Below, in pieces: positions 37,371 through 50,751 of a stretch of 64,000 nt of DNA; position 1 is the first letter of the stretch, and each line of letters opens with the position of its first letter. A program made the position numbers and the translations under genes. Location of the stretch: contig NW_003314299.1 of NCBI RefSeq assembly GCF_000143415.4, positions 482,229-546,228 on the forward strand. Reading direction: 5' to 3'. The notes beneath the pieces are model-generated. The model was not told where the DNA came from and ran no database searches. It worked only from the letters and a program-made list of their open reading frames with translations. This stretch comes from Selaginella moellendorffii. Lineage: Eukaryota; Plantae; Lycopodiophyta.

Positions 37371-37559
37371 ATGTGTTTCGGTTTCTCTCAATCCTCTAAC
37401 AGGCGAAAGCAGAGGCGAAGGCGCCCGTCTGCAGCAACGGGCGCCTTCGTGAGTGGTGGCGGAGCTTGTGCTGGCACTGGCGGCGGAGGCTGTGGTGGCG
37501 GTGGCGGCGGTGGTGGTGGTGGTGGCTGCGGAGGAGGCGGCGGCGGCGGAGGCTGCTAA
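37371..37559 (+). CDS. Small Gly/Cys-rich peptide (MCFGF...), copy in unit 5
   Basis: Intact ORF with TATATAAG upstream. Confidence 0.7.
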   Translation: MCFGFSQSSNRRKQRRRRPSAATGAFVSGGGACAGTGGGGCGGGGGGGGGGGCGGGGGGGGC

Positions 37560-37876
37560 ATACTCTGTATGAGAAATAGATATGAATGTTTGTAAATATG
37601 CATAATCTCAAACTTCCTCAAATAATACGTACAATTTGTTTGTTTTTTTTACAGTCAAGGATTGAGCTGGCCACGATCTTAGCACTGTTTTGGAACTAGT
37701 AAGTAGAATCTCGTAGAATCTATTCAGCAATTCTATGTACTTCAGGTACTATAGTGATTCATGTAAAATCCAAAAAAAAGGGAAACATCTACAATACAAC
37801 GTTTTGAGCGCTCTTCTCTTGTCTTCTCTCGAGTAAAAGCTTTGATTCTTCTAGCTCTCTCTTGCCTCCTGTTTTC

Positions 37877-40620
37877 TTACGATTCGCGTCGGGTTCTCCT
37901 TTGACGGGCGCCCTCGCCTTCCTTCTCAATCTCGTTGCCACCCGCGTCGTCCTCCGCCTTGTCCTTGGAATCGTCCGGGTTGGAGATGTCTTCCTTCTTG
38001 GACTTCTCTACAGTCACCTGAACCATGAGAATCCAAAACTAGCGCAACTCTATTGCTAATTGTACCTTCGTCTTGTTGGGGGGCGATTTCTTGCCACCAA
38101 AAAGAATCTTAAACAGCGTGACCACCAAGATGAGCGGGATCAAAGCTATGGCGCTCAAAGAAATGGTTGGGAACTTCTCGGCCTTCTCCAGAAGATCCTG
38201 TGTGTCACAAACGAAAAGAAAGTAAGAATACGAGACAAAGTCCATGCTCATGTGTTTTACTTACAAGAATCTTTTCCTTCTGTGACGCCAAAGTCGGGAT
38301 GTCGGCAACCTTGCGCAGGTACTCAAACATCTTTGCCTGAAAAGATTCAAGGTCGTCACACACACACACAAGAAAGAAAACAAAAGACAGACAAAAGAAG
38401 ACAAAGGAAAAGTACCTGGATGCCGTCAGGACTCGGAGTCGCTTCTTCAATTTTTTGCTTCTCCCTCTCAGCCTCGTACTTGGGCTTCCATTTCGTCTCC
38501 CTGTACTCTGCTGCCACAGCCTCGTCGGTCGCCACCAGGATGTTGTCAAAAAGAATGCCGTCCTGCATCGTCCAGATCTCGATCCCTATCGCCGAGATCG
38601 GCTCTAGATCCGGCCTGTCCAACTCGAAGTACTCCGGGTTCGGTATTTGCTTCGGAGCCCAGATCCCCTTGTAAGCCGGGTTGTCGATCACTTCGGAGGA
38701 TACCACTTCCCCTTGTAGTCCGGGTTCCTCTTCATGGGCCTCTTCCATTCTCCACACCCAGACGCTTCCTCACACTTTGGGTTGCTGATCTTCGGGGGCT
38801 CCCACTCGCCATCCTCTTCGTCGTCCCAGTTCGCGGGCTTGCTAGCTTCCGGATCGTCAACCTCGTCCGGCTCGTTGTCGTTTCCTAGCACACAAGCCTC
38901 ACAAAATTCAAGCTTGCCTGTAAACTCGAATTCTTGTGCATGTGCTTGATCTCTGGACACTGCTTTGAGGGCGTCTTCATGCACATGGCCTAGACGCTCA
39001 TGCCACAACTGGAGATTACTCGCTCGAGTTGAGAGCGCTCGATCTGGCTGCTTATCTGGAACAACCATGGTGGCGTCAAGTTTATAAAGTCCAGAATAGC
39101 GTTGTCCATAAGCCACTGCTTGATCTGTCTTCTCGTCTCGCATAATAGCCTGCTTGGCATTAAAAATAAAATAGAAACCGAGAATTCTTTGTTTGCTTTG
39201 AGTTGACAAACAAAGCTGTGGTTGTGGTTGTATCTGCGGGTGTCTGGTCTTCGGCTGGTTCTTCTTCATTGATAAGAGCTGCTTGCATTTCAATGAAGGT
39301 TTTCGTTGAGTTCTTGAGCATAGTCTTCAATGATTTGAATTCTGGGCGAACCAAAGCATTGAGAAGAACTGCTCGCTTATCATTCTCGGTGACTGCTTCA
39401 CCTAGACTTGACAGTTGGGAGAGCACCGACTTCAGCCTTCCTAGAAAAGCTGCTGGAGTCTCGTCCGCTGCCATTTTTAAGCCAAAAAGTTTAGACTTTA
39501 ACTCAACCTTTGAAATCTCTGCGCTCGCTTGGTTCCCAAATACGTTCTTCAAGGCTGTCCAGTTCTCTTCTGCGGTCTTCGTGATATCCAGGTGGTGGTG
39601 GTGCAATTTGCCCAGGCCAATCCCCATGGTGGAGACTGCCTTATCGTTTCTGACCTGCCATTCGTCTTCATCGCTTGCCGCTGACTTCGGCTCTGTTCCT
39701 TGGACAATTCTGAGACAGTTGTCCCGGAGAAAGAGGAACGAAATTTCTTTCGCCCAATTCTCAAAATCTGTGCCCGTGAATAGAGGGATCGGTATTAGTT
39801 GTGGTCATTTCTTCTACAATTTCCAGCACGCTCCACTTTTCTACAGCACGGATTTTTCCCTTCCTCTTCTTCTGCTGCAGTCGAGCAGTCACGCGATCTA
39901 GAGTCGCGTAGCCTTGCTGCTCGTTGCGTGGTCTTGTTTTGCCCATGAGATCATCGTTTGCTCCGATACCATGATAGTTTTCTAGTTAAACGACATACTC
40001 TGTTTCCCCTAACCTACTACCTTTTCATTTTCTCCATGTAAATATATACAAGTCTTGTGTCCGCTCATTTCAGCGTCCACATAAATCTCTTGCCACCTTG
40101 GATTAGACTCCAGGCTGGCTATCTACACAGCCAGTCATCGGGCTTGACCGCCTCCGCGTCCTCGATCTCCAGTGGAGCGTCCTCGTCCCAATTCTCGGGC
40201 TTGGTCGCTTCCGGATCGGGGATCTTCGCCCGATCGTCCCAGTCCTGGGGCTTCTTGTCGTCGGGATCGGAGATGGTCTTGGGCGGATCACGGCCGGCTC
40301 AAAGTCGCTCGAGAGGAGGTCGACGCTCTTCTCCTCCTTGCCGTCGACGAGGATCTTGAGCGTGTTGTTCGGGTAGATCACTGCCGTGTAGACGTGAGAG
40401 AGCTTGTCAGCCACTGGCGGTACTTGAGGTGATGCTTGATGTGCTTGTCGGATTTGGGGCCCTTGTGCTTGTAGATGAATTGCACCTTGTTGGTGTTTCC
40501 ACATTTGTCTGGCCCAAACATGATTGAGTAGGGGGATTCATTACTGAAATTGCCGGGCGTCCATTGCAAGAGAAGGAACTTGAGATAGGCGATGCCACAC
40601 TCTAATCCCTTCTGGAATTA
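37877..40620 (-). pseudogene. CNX: Calnexin homolog copy 5, interrupted by a copia fragment
   Basis: Collinear with the other copies, with an insertion at 38880-40127 and several frameshifts. Confidence 0.87.
38880..40127 (-). mobile_element. Truncated Ty1/copia element (5' LTR, PBS, gag, GAG-pre-integrase fragment)
   Basis: ~156-bp LTR at 39972-40127 (TG...CA) with adjacent PBS TGGTATCGGAGC at 39960-39971. Gag motifs F.G..FENW and W..LK..FG. Pre-integrase motif LWHERLGH...FCEACVLG. Confidence 0.88.
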
Positions 40621-41228
40621 TAAAGATTAGGTTTAAACCTTAGTCAAACACAGAATAAGGGAGTTAAATTATGCTTTAAGTTAGTCATCCATGTTTAGCT
40701 TACCCAATATCTTTATTATATTTTTGGAATTCATCAAAAACTAAAAAACTCAAAAGTAGTTTTATGGTGAAAAACCTTAAGAGAATATTAGATTTTGTAT
40801 TTTCACATCAGATTATAACATTGGTATTGGAGCCTAATTTAATTCTCATGGCTGACAAATATGGAAGGAAAACCAAGGTTATGGTGACTAGAGGATAACT
40901 TAAATATGATTGTAGATGATCATTCCTAAAGGATTGTTAAGCACCAAATTAAGGTAATAGAATAGAAAAAAGGCTTGTAATCAAAACCCTCCTTTGTAAA
41001 AAAAATGCATCCTTTAGGATTTTACTTTAGTCCCAAAAATTAATTTTTAAAACAATCACAAAAACTTACTAAATATAAAATGACACTAGATTGCAAATTT
41101 AGATGCAAGAATAACAAAGTGTATATTTGACAAAATGATATGTTAAAGTTTAGTACTGTGGAGTCCACTATTGTATGTCTACACAGGATCAAGAGATATG
41201 GACTTTGACATGACGATTTTTCGATAAA

Positions 41229-41873
41229 ATGCCATACCAACAGCTAGTTTCTTGGAACACCATGCTTGATGCTTATGCCCAAAACGGGTATATGGTAGAA
41301 GCAAGGGTCATGTTCAATGCAATGGTGGAGAAGGACGTAATTTCTTGGACTAGAATGCTTGCTGCCTATGGCCTTAGTGGCCAGAGTTCACTTGCAAGAA
41401 AAACTTTTGCCCAGATGCCAGGGAAGAATGAAGTTTCTTGGGATGCAATGCTCAGTGCATGTACCCAAGCAGAGGATTCGGTTTCTGTGTTTAAGATGTT
41501 TCACACTATGCAGATGGCCGGCATTTACAACCAAGTTGGATTTGTCTCCGCCCTCAATGCTCACGGCCAAGTTGGCAGTGTTAAATGTGCTAGAAGTTGC
41601 TTTGTTTCGATGGCTTTTGACTGTGGCATTCAGCCATGTCACCAGCATTACTCCAGCATAATCGATGGCTTGGCAAGAGCTGGTTACATTGACAATGCAA
41701 GAGAACTCATCGGAAACATGACATTTGTTCCCACTTCTTTGAATTGGCTGTGCCTTTTAGCTGCATGTCAGAGCCTCGAGTGTGGAACCTGCATATCAAA
41801 ATGGGTGTCTGGACTTGCGAGCAGCAGAGCTATGTATCCTCTCCTGGCAAATGTATGGGCTTGGCATTGTTAG
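41229..41873 (+). CDS. PPR-B copy 5 (214-aa open frame; may be a pseudogene)
   Basis: Homologous to the other PPR-B copies. Confidence 0.62.
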   Translation: MPYQQLVSWNTMLDAYAQNGYMVEARVMFNAMVEKDVISWTRMLAAYGLSGQSSLARKTFAQMPGKNEVSWDAMLSACTQAEDSVSVFKMFHTMQMAGIYNQVGFVSALNAHGQVGSVKCARSCFVSMAFDCGIQPCHQHYSSIIDGLARAGYIDNARELIGNMTFVPTSLNWLCLLAACQSLECGTCISKWVSGLASSRAMYPLLANVWAWHC

Positions 41874-42511
41874 AATCTAAGGGAAAAAAAACTGCTGCCT
41901 AGATTATGTTGTCAAATTGCTCAAGAATTTAAGACTAGAAGTACCAATTGCGTTTCATGCTTGATAATTTCAAATATTGACAAAATGGGAAAAAAACTAA
42001 AAATCATTTGTCTATATAACACCCAACATTCCCAGGATCTGAGGGTGGACCTCCTGGACCAAAGAGGCTCTGAGAGATCGCGAGCAACTTCAATCAGACA
42101 GATACCTTGCAATACCTAGCGATTGAGGTGTGTGGAAAGTGCAGCAGGCAAAACTTGTGTTTGATGATCCGCCTGAGGGAATGTGTTTGATTCTATGTGA
42201 ATGTTCTCAAAACTCTTCATGGAAAACTAGAAAACGATCAATGTTTGATGCCTGACGACGATACTTGCTGCCATGATAGGTACTAACAAAGCAAATATTC
42301 CTTTGTGCCATGATGCTCACACGAAGCTCTTCAGAGCGATGGAGATGGAACGCGATGCCCTTGTCATGGCAGCGTGGGGCTGCTTTCTTCTGCAATCGAC
42401 ACTCCAGCCGACTCGATCCATCGCCTTGGACTCCTCCAAATCGTGCGGTCCTTCGGGTGCTATGTCCATATCACCCATGTTTTGTATTACAGATTGGGCT
42501 TTACAGGAATC

Positions 42512-43160
42512 TTAGACAAGCACTCTTGATTCCTCTGGCAACAGCACGCAATGTAGCTCCGACCTCTCAAACTCCTTGAAGGATTGGTCACCAGTGATGT
42601 ACAAAGGCGGGAGGGGACTTGTCAAGGATGTATGTCACTGCTCCAAGAGGGAGGCAGAGCATGGAGACGTGTACTGCAGCAAGTGCTGCCACTAGCCAAG
42701 CGAAAAGAAAGCCATAGCCTGGGTAAAGCGTCCAGGCTTTCCTGAGTACTGGGAGGACCATGGTGAAGACCGAGTCGGAGATACCTTCCCTGCCAAAGAA
42801 ACAGAAGAATATTAGAGAGCTTTGATTGATCAAAACTGTCACACCTGTAATCGAATGTCTGGAGATATGGATCTACAACCGCTGAAATGCCTCCCGTGGA
42901 GCATTGAAACCAACTAAAGCCATTCTCCACGACACGGAAAGCATCAGCATCCTTTGCCCGGGGACCGCTTGCTCCCCAAGTCGCGGTTGGTTGGAGCATG
43001 ATACCAATCCTAAAAGCATTCACCAGAAACTTAGAGAACACCATCATAACTGTGCTCTACCTCTTTTTCCCAGCCTGGCGCATCAGGTCTGGGAACTCGA
43101 AATCGTAACAATTAGCTCCTCCAATCCAGCCGAGCTCGGTTTTGATGATAGGAAGAATGG
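42512..43160 (-). pseudogene. Lnt-like copy 5, 3' part (continues at 61033)
   Basis: Interrupted at GGAAGAATGG by LTR element A, with a 5-bp deletion in exon 3. Confidence 0.87.
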
Positions 43161-46100
43161 TGTAGCGTATGTGGTTTTTACATTTTATCCTTTGGTGATT
43201 TACCATAGGATAACACCATAAAGTGGAACTTAAACCCTCTATGTGCCACATGTCACATGCCATGTGTCCATAGGATAGTGGTGTGAAACCCAAGGTTCAG
43301 GGCGTTGGGCCACTGAACGAAGTATTAGTGCTAAACTCCCAAGCATGGAACTAAAGAGTGATGGGACTATGGAGCAACTCTTGAGCATACAGCCTAAAAA
43401 GTGAAGGGACAGAAACCAGGAGCAATTTGGAACAATCCTAGAGTATCTAACATCCCAATGCTAAGACTAATACGCAAAACAGAGTTAAATGGAGTCTGGC
43501 ACTATTTTGGTATACCAGTGGCCTAATGCAAGGACATGGGTACTCTACCAGCTAGCATGGAATGGAAGTTGGGCTTATACCCAAACCAAAATAAGGACAA
43601 GCATGCAAGCGAGAGCTAAACTATGCCTCAGGTTGGTCGGCCATGCCCTACCTACCCACTATCCTTACTATACATTTGAAACCCTTCACAGCCGGAGCAA
43701 AGAAACCAAACCCATCGGTAAGGTTTAGATAGATTACTGTAAACAGGCAAATAGAGTTGTTTACACAGTCATGCTCGACAGAGAGGTGGGTTATGTGACT
43801 AGTCGACAATAACTACCTCATGACTAGAGATTTCACCATGCACACGAAGTGCCGAAGCCAGTCTGCTGATACTGGCCCAAATTCAAAGATCAATAGATAG
43901 ACCATATCAAAGTCAGAGACAATGATATCTTAGAGACTTAAGTATCAGTGATTAAATCTTAGATTAAAACACAAAAGTATTCCAAGTAAGTTATCATCCG
44001 ATAAACCAGTATTATAGTATAGAAACCACCAAGATCATCATGATTGGAAAATATAAGATTCACTATCCAACAAAATTCAATAGTCAATGTATCATCAAGA
44101 AAACTCAATGATAAAACTTAACGATCAAATACTGTAGATAGAATGCCAAATAACTTACGAAAGATAACTCAAAGAACATAAGGTAACATTGACTGGTAAG
44201 CAAAATGCTCGCGAATGTATCAGTCAAAGGAGAGAACTTCCTAATCTATCATAACTAACTCGAGCAACAATCAACAGAATAAAATGAATGCTGCAGAACC
44301 AACAAACATTTGTTTATGTCAACTATCGCACTAGCCAATGGAAATAAATCCCAGCCAACAACACCAAGGAACTTAAGTTGCCTAAGCAAGTGTCAGCAAC
44401 ATCTTATTAATATCTCAACCCAAGAGATCAATCCAGAGCAAACCACAAAGAACATGTGATATTGTGAAAAGCCATAAGCCATCAAGGAGAACAATTAACC
44501 ATCACGAAAGATCATCAATCATTCTATAATAAAGAGAGATGTATAATCATTGTCGAAGAAAGAATCTACCATCCCGAAGAATAACAAATCATTCTTGATC
44601 AACAATAATCAAGCAAAACTTTTTGATAAAGATAATCAACTATCCTAGATGATAATCAATTATCACCAATGATTGCTAGATGCAAAAGCCAACTTCAGCA
44701 TTGAAGTTAATGAGCCAAAAATGTTTTCCCCAATAACTTCTAATAAATGGAACAATGAGCATAAAAACTCAAAGAACCAAAAGTTTGAAGAAGTCTATAG
44801 CCAAGTCTTGCCTAAAATGATCACAAGTCTTACATGAATTCATTTCAATACCAAAGAAGAAATCATGGTATAACCCACAATATCCCCCTCAACACATCCA
44901 TAAGTTAAACTTCAAAATGTAAAGCTAATGAAAAGCATAATTGCATCAATCCAAAATTCAAGCACAATGAAGCTATGCTCAACAAGTGATCACTAAACGA
45001 TCCTTCATGAATTCATCTATAGCAAGACGTAACTCACTTCATAACAAACACAAGAAAAATCATCAATGATCAATATATTTTAACTCAAATTTAACAAAGA
45101 TTCAAACATTCCAATATCAATCATTAACTCTTCATCTCGTAAAGCTAGCATAGTTCACGACTAAATCACTTTTCAAGGAAAAGCCAAAGCTCAACCCCTA
45201 CTAAATAATCTCGTCTAGAACACAACTAACTCAAACTTGCCACTCAGTTTATTTGAATATCAACATAGTTGCTAACTAGCAAATGCACAAATGCCAATAA
45301 TATAAAGCCATAGCCAAATCATCAACACTATTTTCATCGAGACTAATGAAATTCAACATCAATCTTTCGGAGAGATATCTTATTTCACTCAAATCTCAAC
45401 ATTAACAATGTCAACGACAAGGCATTACTTCAATTTCATCAACACCATAACAAAGCTAGAAGAAAGCACGAGTGAAAACACTTCCTCAAGGAGTAAATCA
45501 CCACATCCAAGACTCAATGAAATCTAACACCACAGACTAGACGTAACTAAATGATATCAACAGAGATAGAGTCGACATGCTAACATGGAAAACCCATGTA
45601 AGTCTAACAACACAATTCTTCGCAACACCATTCAGTAAAGCAAGCCCATCACCGCTAAATCATCATCGAGCAAAATAAGTATCAAAGGTTCTCAATGAAG
45701 TCTACAAGCAATTATTAGTCGCAAAGCAACTAACAATCACTCTTTCAACTTGCCTTCAAAGGACCCAACACTAAACTCATATCATCAAGTATGAGATAAA
45801 GGTTCATGGACAAGCATAAACTAAATGACCCCTCGAATCCAACTTAGCTGTAATAAGCTCATTATCACGTTTACCCAATAGCTCTAAGCATGCCTTGAAG
45901 AAGCTAGCTATGCATGATCAACACTCAGTCAAAACAAAAATGAAGACCATAAGATGGACTCATATTGGTACATAACCTCCACTTAGACAAGCTATAGTAC
46001 AGGTACTAATATCTTAAACTCAAATAACTAAGTTGGACATCACTATCCTTAGCTAAGGTGCAGGACCATCAAGATCAAGTCAAGATCAGTGAGAGCTCAC

Positions 46101-48278
46101 TACTTTTATAGAGTTTAACGAAATGCAAGGTGCAACCTGCTGCTAAACATAATGCTATAGAAAAAAGGCACAAGGGTCACCCTTCTTCGAAAAGTGTAAT
46201 AGCCACTTTTCTACACCAACTCCAGACTTTATCCAACTTAATTGCCTTAGCTTTAAAAGTTAACATCCCTTTCAGGCCGCATCATAAAAACTACATACTA
46301 AAGTCTAAGGTAACCAAAGTCAACTCTAACCCTTTCACTAGTTTGTGTTGACTTACGAAAATGAAATGGTTTTCAAGCAAAGTGATCAATAGATCAGCAA
46401 TTGGAAAAATCTAAGAAAATTTGTGGAAATTTTCCATCCTAGAGAAAGAATGATTCTCAGTCTAGAAGTGCAAACTTTCAAGACTCAATCAACTTCTTCC
46501 TACTAACAAGTTCACATAAGTTCCCATTAACATAAATTTTCAAGACCCAACAGCATGCTAAACAGTGAATATCTTGCCCATATTTCGAACATCCAACACC
46601 GACATCCATAAAATGCAAAATGAACATCCAAGACTTGATCACGAAGACTATATCTTCAGATATCCACATTGCATTAACACTCTTCTTCAATCATTTTCAA
46701 GATCTAATGTGAAGTCAAAACACTAATACGAAAAATGACATGGAAAATCAAGCTCTAAGGAAAATTCCTCATCACTCGAAATAACAATGCCACTTCTACT
46801 AACACAAGTGCTAGTGATGTCAATGCCTCAACTACACATCTTCATCCAGCAATCTACTCCAAGTGCTAACAGATAAACTAACAAGCCATAACAAATGAAT
46901 GCTATAACCCTTTCCAACACTTTATGGGCAACCTCTCACGGAAACAAAGAACCAACTTAAGCTTAGTATAATGGACCACTATCGAGAACCCAGTCAAAGT
47001 TACTAAAATGCTACTTCATGCAAGTAGACTAGCTTCACCATCAACCACTTTGGGGTTGATCATCATTTAACTAAGCAACTTCGTAAACACATTGATCATA
47101 ATTATATGGATATGATATAAGTATCACAATGACTTGATCATCAATTGAGCAACACTTCTCTCATAAACTTTCTTAGATTGGACTGAAGGCAGTGCGAACG
47201 CAAGCCTAAGGTTTAGTCAAAGATGAGACCAAAAAGAAAGTTGTCAAGAACGAAGGATCAAACACGTAAATCATTTTCTCTTCTTGGAGAGATGATTCGC
47301 AACGAGATGCTAACTCATTTTGCTCATGTTCACATCATGCAATCCAGAGTCCCTACCTTGATGCATGTTGGAAATGATAGTCTTGTAAATGGTGAGTCAT
47401 GGGATGGATAACGATGAAGCGCTAAACCATTTTGTCTAGGCTTGCTATTGAAAGACTTAGGTTATAATACTTAAATTCTGTTCCGGGGAACCTTGCTATT
47501 GCTCTTGGAGTAGCTTGGTGTTGGATTAGTTTTGAGTTTGGTCAGATAAAGAGTGACATGAGTTTGTCTGTTTTGTGAACAAAAAGTTAGTGGTGTTTAG
47601 TGTTATAAGTCTCTATTGGTGGAGTGTGGCATTTATGTTGCATTTTGTCAAATCAAGTTTACATTTGATACTCACATAAACCTTTAAAGTAATGATAATG
47701 GCATTGCTTGTACGGCAATGACTACTTGAACCAATAGACTAATCTTTATAGTCTTTAATTGATCCACTTATAATCATGCCTTGGAAGGATCCACTAGTGC
47801 TGTCGTGAATGTGACTTCGGGTATCGAAAGTTACCTGTCGGCTAGTCCTTACGGACATTCTTTCTTTACTGCCACGATGGCAGAAGGTCGGTATTGCTGG
47901 TTCCCTTTATTAGCCCCTCTTGTTCAAGTGTTAGTAAGCTGGGTTTAGCACATGTACTTAGCCAGATGGACATAAGGTAAGAACTCCTATGTGTTTTTAG
48001 CTGAGCATACTCGGCCTGGCTCTTAGTTCTTTTTTGCTCTATTTTGCACTAGCTTGACAAGAACCCTCGTGTATTGAAATTGGTCCCTTAATATCACTGG
48101 ATGATAATTTACTGTGTCTGCCAAATACCCTCGCTATCATGCCCTTTGTGTTAGTCTCATTTCGGTCCCAAATGCTATTTATGGAAAGTGTCCAGATTTG
48201 CTTATTTGGCATATCTACGGATATGTAGAGATTGTCCTGAACACAATGGTGTTCGTCCTGTGTCCAAATTCGCAATCT

Positions 48279-48884
48279 NNNNNNNNNNNNNNNNNNNNNN
48301 NNNNNNNNNNNNNNNNNNNNNNNNNNNNNNNNNNNNNNNNNNNNNNNNNNNNNNNNNNNNNNNNNNNNNNNNNNNNNNNNNNNNNNNNNNNNNNNNNNNN
48401 NNNNNNNNNNNNNNNNNNNNNNNNNNNNNNNNNNNNNNNNNNNNNNNNNNNNNNNNNNNNNNNNNNNNNNNNNNNNNNNNNNNNNNNNNNNNNNNNNNNN
48501 NNNNNNNNNNNNNNNNNNNNNNNNNNNNNNNNNNNNNNNNNNNNNNNNNNNNNNNNNNNNNNNNNNNNNNNNNNNNNNNNNNNNNNNNNNNNNNNNNNNN
48601 NNNNNNNNNNNNNNNNNNNNNNNNNNNNNNNNNNNNNNNNNNNNNNNNNNNNNNNNNNNNNNNNNNNNNNNNNNNNNNNNNNNNNNNNNNNNNNNNNNNN
48701 NNNNNNNNNNNNNNNNNNNNNNNNNNNNNNNNNNNNNNNNNNNNNNNNNNNNNNNNNNNNNNNNNNNNNNNNNNNNNNNNNNNNNNNNNNNNNNNNNNNN
48801 NNNNNNNNNNNNNNNNNNNNNNNNNNNNNNNNNNNNNNNNNNNNNNNNNNNNNNNNNNNNNNNNNNNNNNNNNNNNNNNNNNNN
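48279..48884. other. Assembly gap (606 N)
   Basis: Run of N. Confidence 1.
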
Positions 48885-50488
48885 TAATGACTTTCCTTTA
48901 TGATATCATTTGGTTGCGTTTAGTTCATAATGTTGAATTTCATAAAGTCTTGGATGTGGTGATTCACTCTTTGATAAAGTGTTATCTATAGCTGAGTATT
49001 GTTGAAGAACTAATCTCGGATACTTGGTTAACTTGGTTGTTAGAGAGCTTTGTGTGGTGATTCACTTTTGCTTTCTTTTAGCTTTGTTTTGGTGCTGATG
49101 GCATTGAAGTGATGCCTTGTCGTTGACATAGTTAATATTAAGATTTGAGTAAAATGAGATATCTCTCATAAAGATTGATGTCGAGTTTCATTAGTCTTAA
49201 TAAAGATAGTGTTGATGATTTGGCTTTGGCTTTATGTTATTGGCATTGGTGCATATGCTAGTTAACAACTGTATAGATGTTCAAACGAGCTGAGTGGCAA
49301 GTTTGAGTTAGCTGTGTTCTAGATGAGATTGTTTATTAAGGGTTAAACTTTGAGCTTTTCCTTGAAAAGTGATTTAGTCGTGAACTATGCTAACTCTACA
49401 AACGGAAGAGTTCATGATCGATATTGGAATGTTTGAATCCTTGTTGGGTTCAAGTTGGGATATATCGATCATTGATAGTTCTTTTTGTGCTTGTTATGAA
49501 GTGAGTTACGTCTTGCTATAAATGGATTCATGAAGGATTGTTTCATGATCACTTGTTGAGCATAGTTTTATTATGTTTGGTTTTTGGATTGATGCAAATC
49601 TACTTTTCATTAGCTTTGCATTATGAAGTTTAGCTTATGGATATGTTGAAGAGGATATTATAGGTTGTACTATGATTTCTTCTTTAGCATTTAAATTAGT
49701 TCATGTGAGACTCGTAATCATTGCTAAGCAAAGACTTGGCTATAGGCTTCTTTGAACTTTTAGAGTTTTCATGCTCATTATTCCATTTGTTAGGAGTTGT
49801 TAGGGAAAACATTTTTGGTTAGTTAGCTTTGATGTTAAAGTTAGTATTTTGTGTTTGGTGATTATTGGTGATAATTGACTATCATCTAAGATAGTTGATT
49901 ATCCTTATCAAAAAGTTTTGCTTGATTGTTGTTGATATAGAATGATTCATTATTCTTTGGGATGGTAGATTCCTTCTTTGACGATAATTATGCATATCTC
50001 TTTTTGATGGGATGATTGATGATCTTTCATGATGGTTAGTTATTCTCTTTGATAGTTTTTGGCTTTTCGCAATACCACATGTTTTTTGTGGTTTGGTCTT
50101 TTGGGTTTGAGACATTGGTAGGATGTTGCTGGCACTTGCTTAGACAACTCTGATTCCTTAGTATTATTGACTGGGATCTATTCAAATTAGCTGATGCAAT
50201 AATTGGCATGAATGAGTGTTTGTTAGTCTTGCCATATTCATTTTGTTCTATTGATTATTGCTCAAGTTCGCTTTGATAGATTCGGATGTTATTTCTTTTG
50301 GATGATACATTTACGAGCATTTTGCTTGCCAGTCAATGATACTTTGAGTAAGTTATTTGGCATACTGTTTGCCATCTTCGATAGTTAAGTTTCATCATTG
50401 AGTTTCCTTGATGATATACTTGCTCTTGAATTTTGTTGGATGGTGATTCCTATGTTTACCAATTATGATGATCATGGTGGTTCCTATA

Positions 50489-50751
50489 NNNNNNNNNNNN
50501 NNNNNNNNNNNNNNNNNNNNNNNNNNNNNNNNNNNNNNNNNNNNNNNNNNNNNNNNNNNNNNNNNNNNNNNNNNNNNNNNNNNNNNNNNNNNNNNNNNNN
50601 NNNNNNNNNNNNNNNNNNNNNNNNNNNNNNNNNNNNNNNNNNNNNNNNNNNNNNNNNNNNNNNNNNNNNNNNNNNNNNNNNNNNNNNNNNNNNNNNNNNN
50701 NNNNNNNNNNNNNNNNNNNNNNNNNNNNNNNNNNNNNNNNNNNNNNNNNNN
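50489..50751. other. Assembly gap (263 N)
   Basis: Run of N. Confidence 1.
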
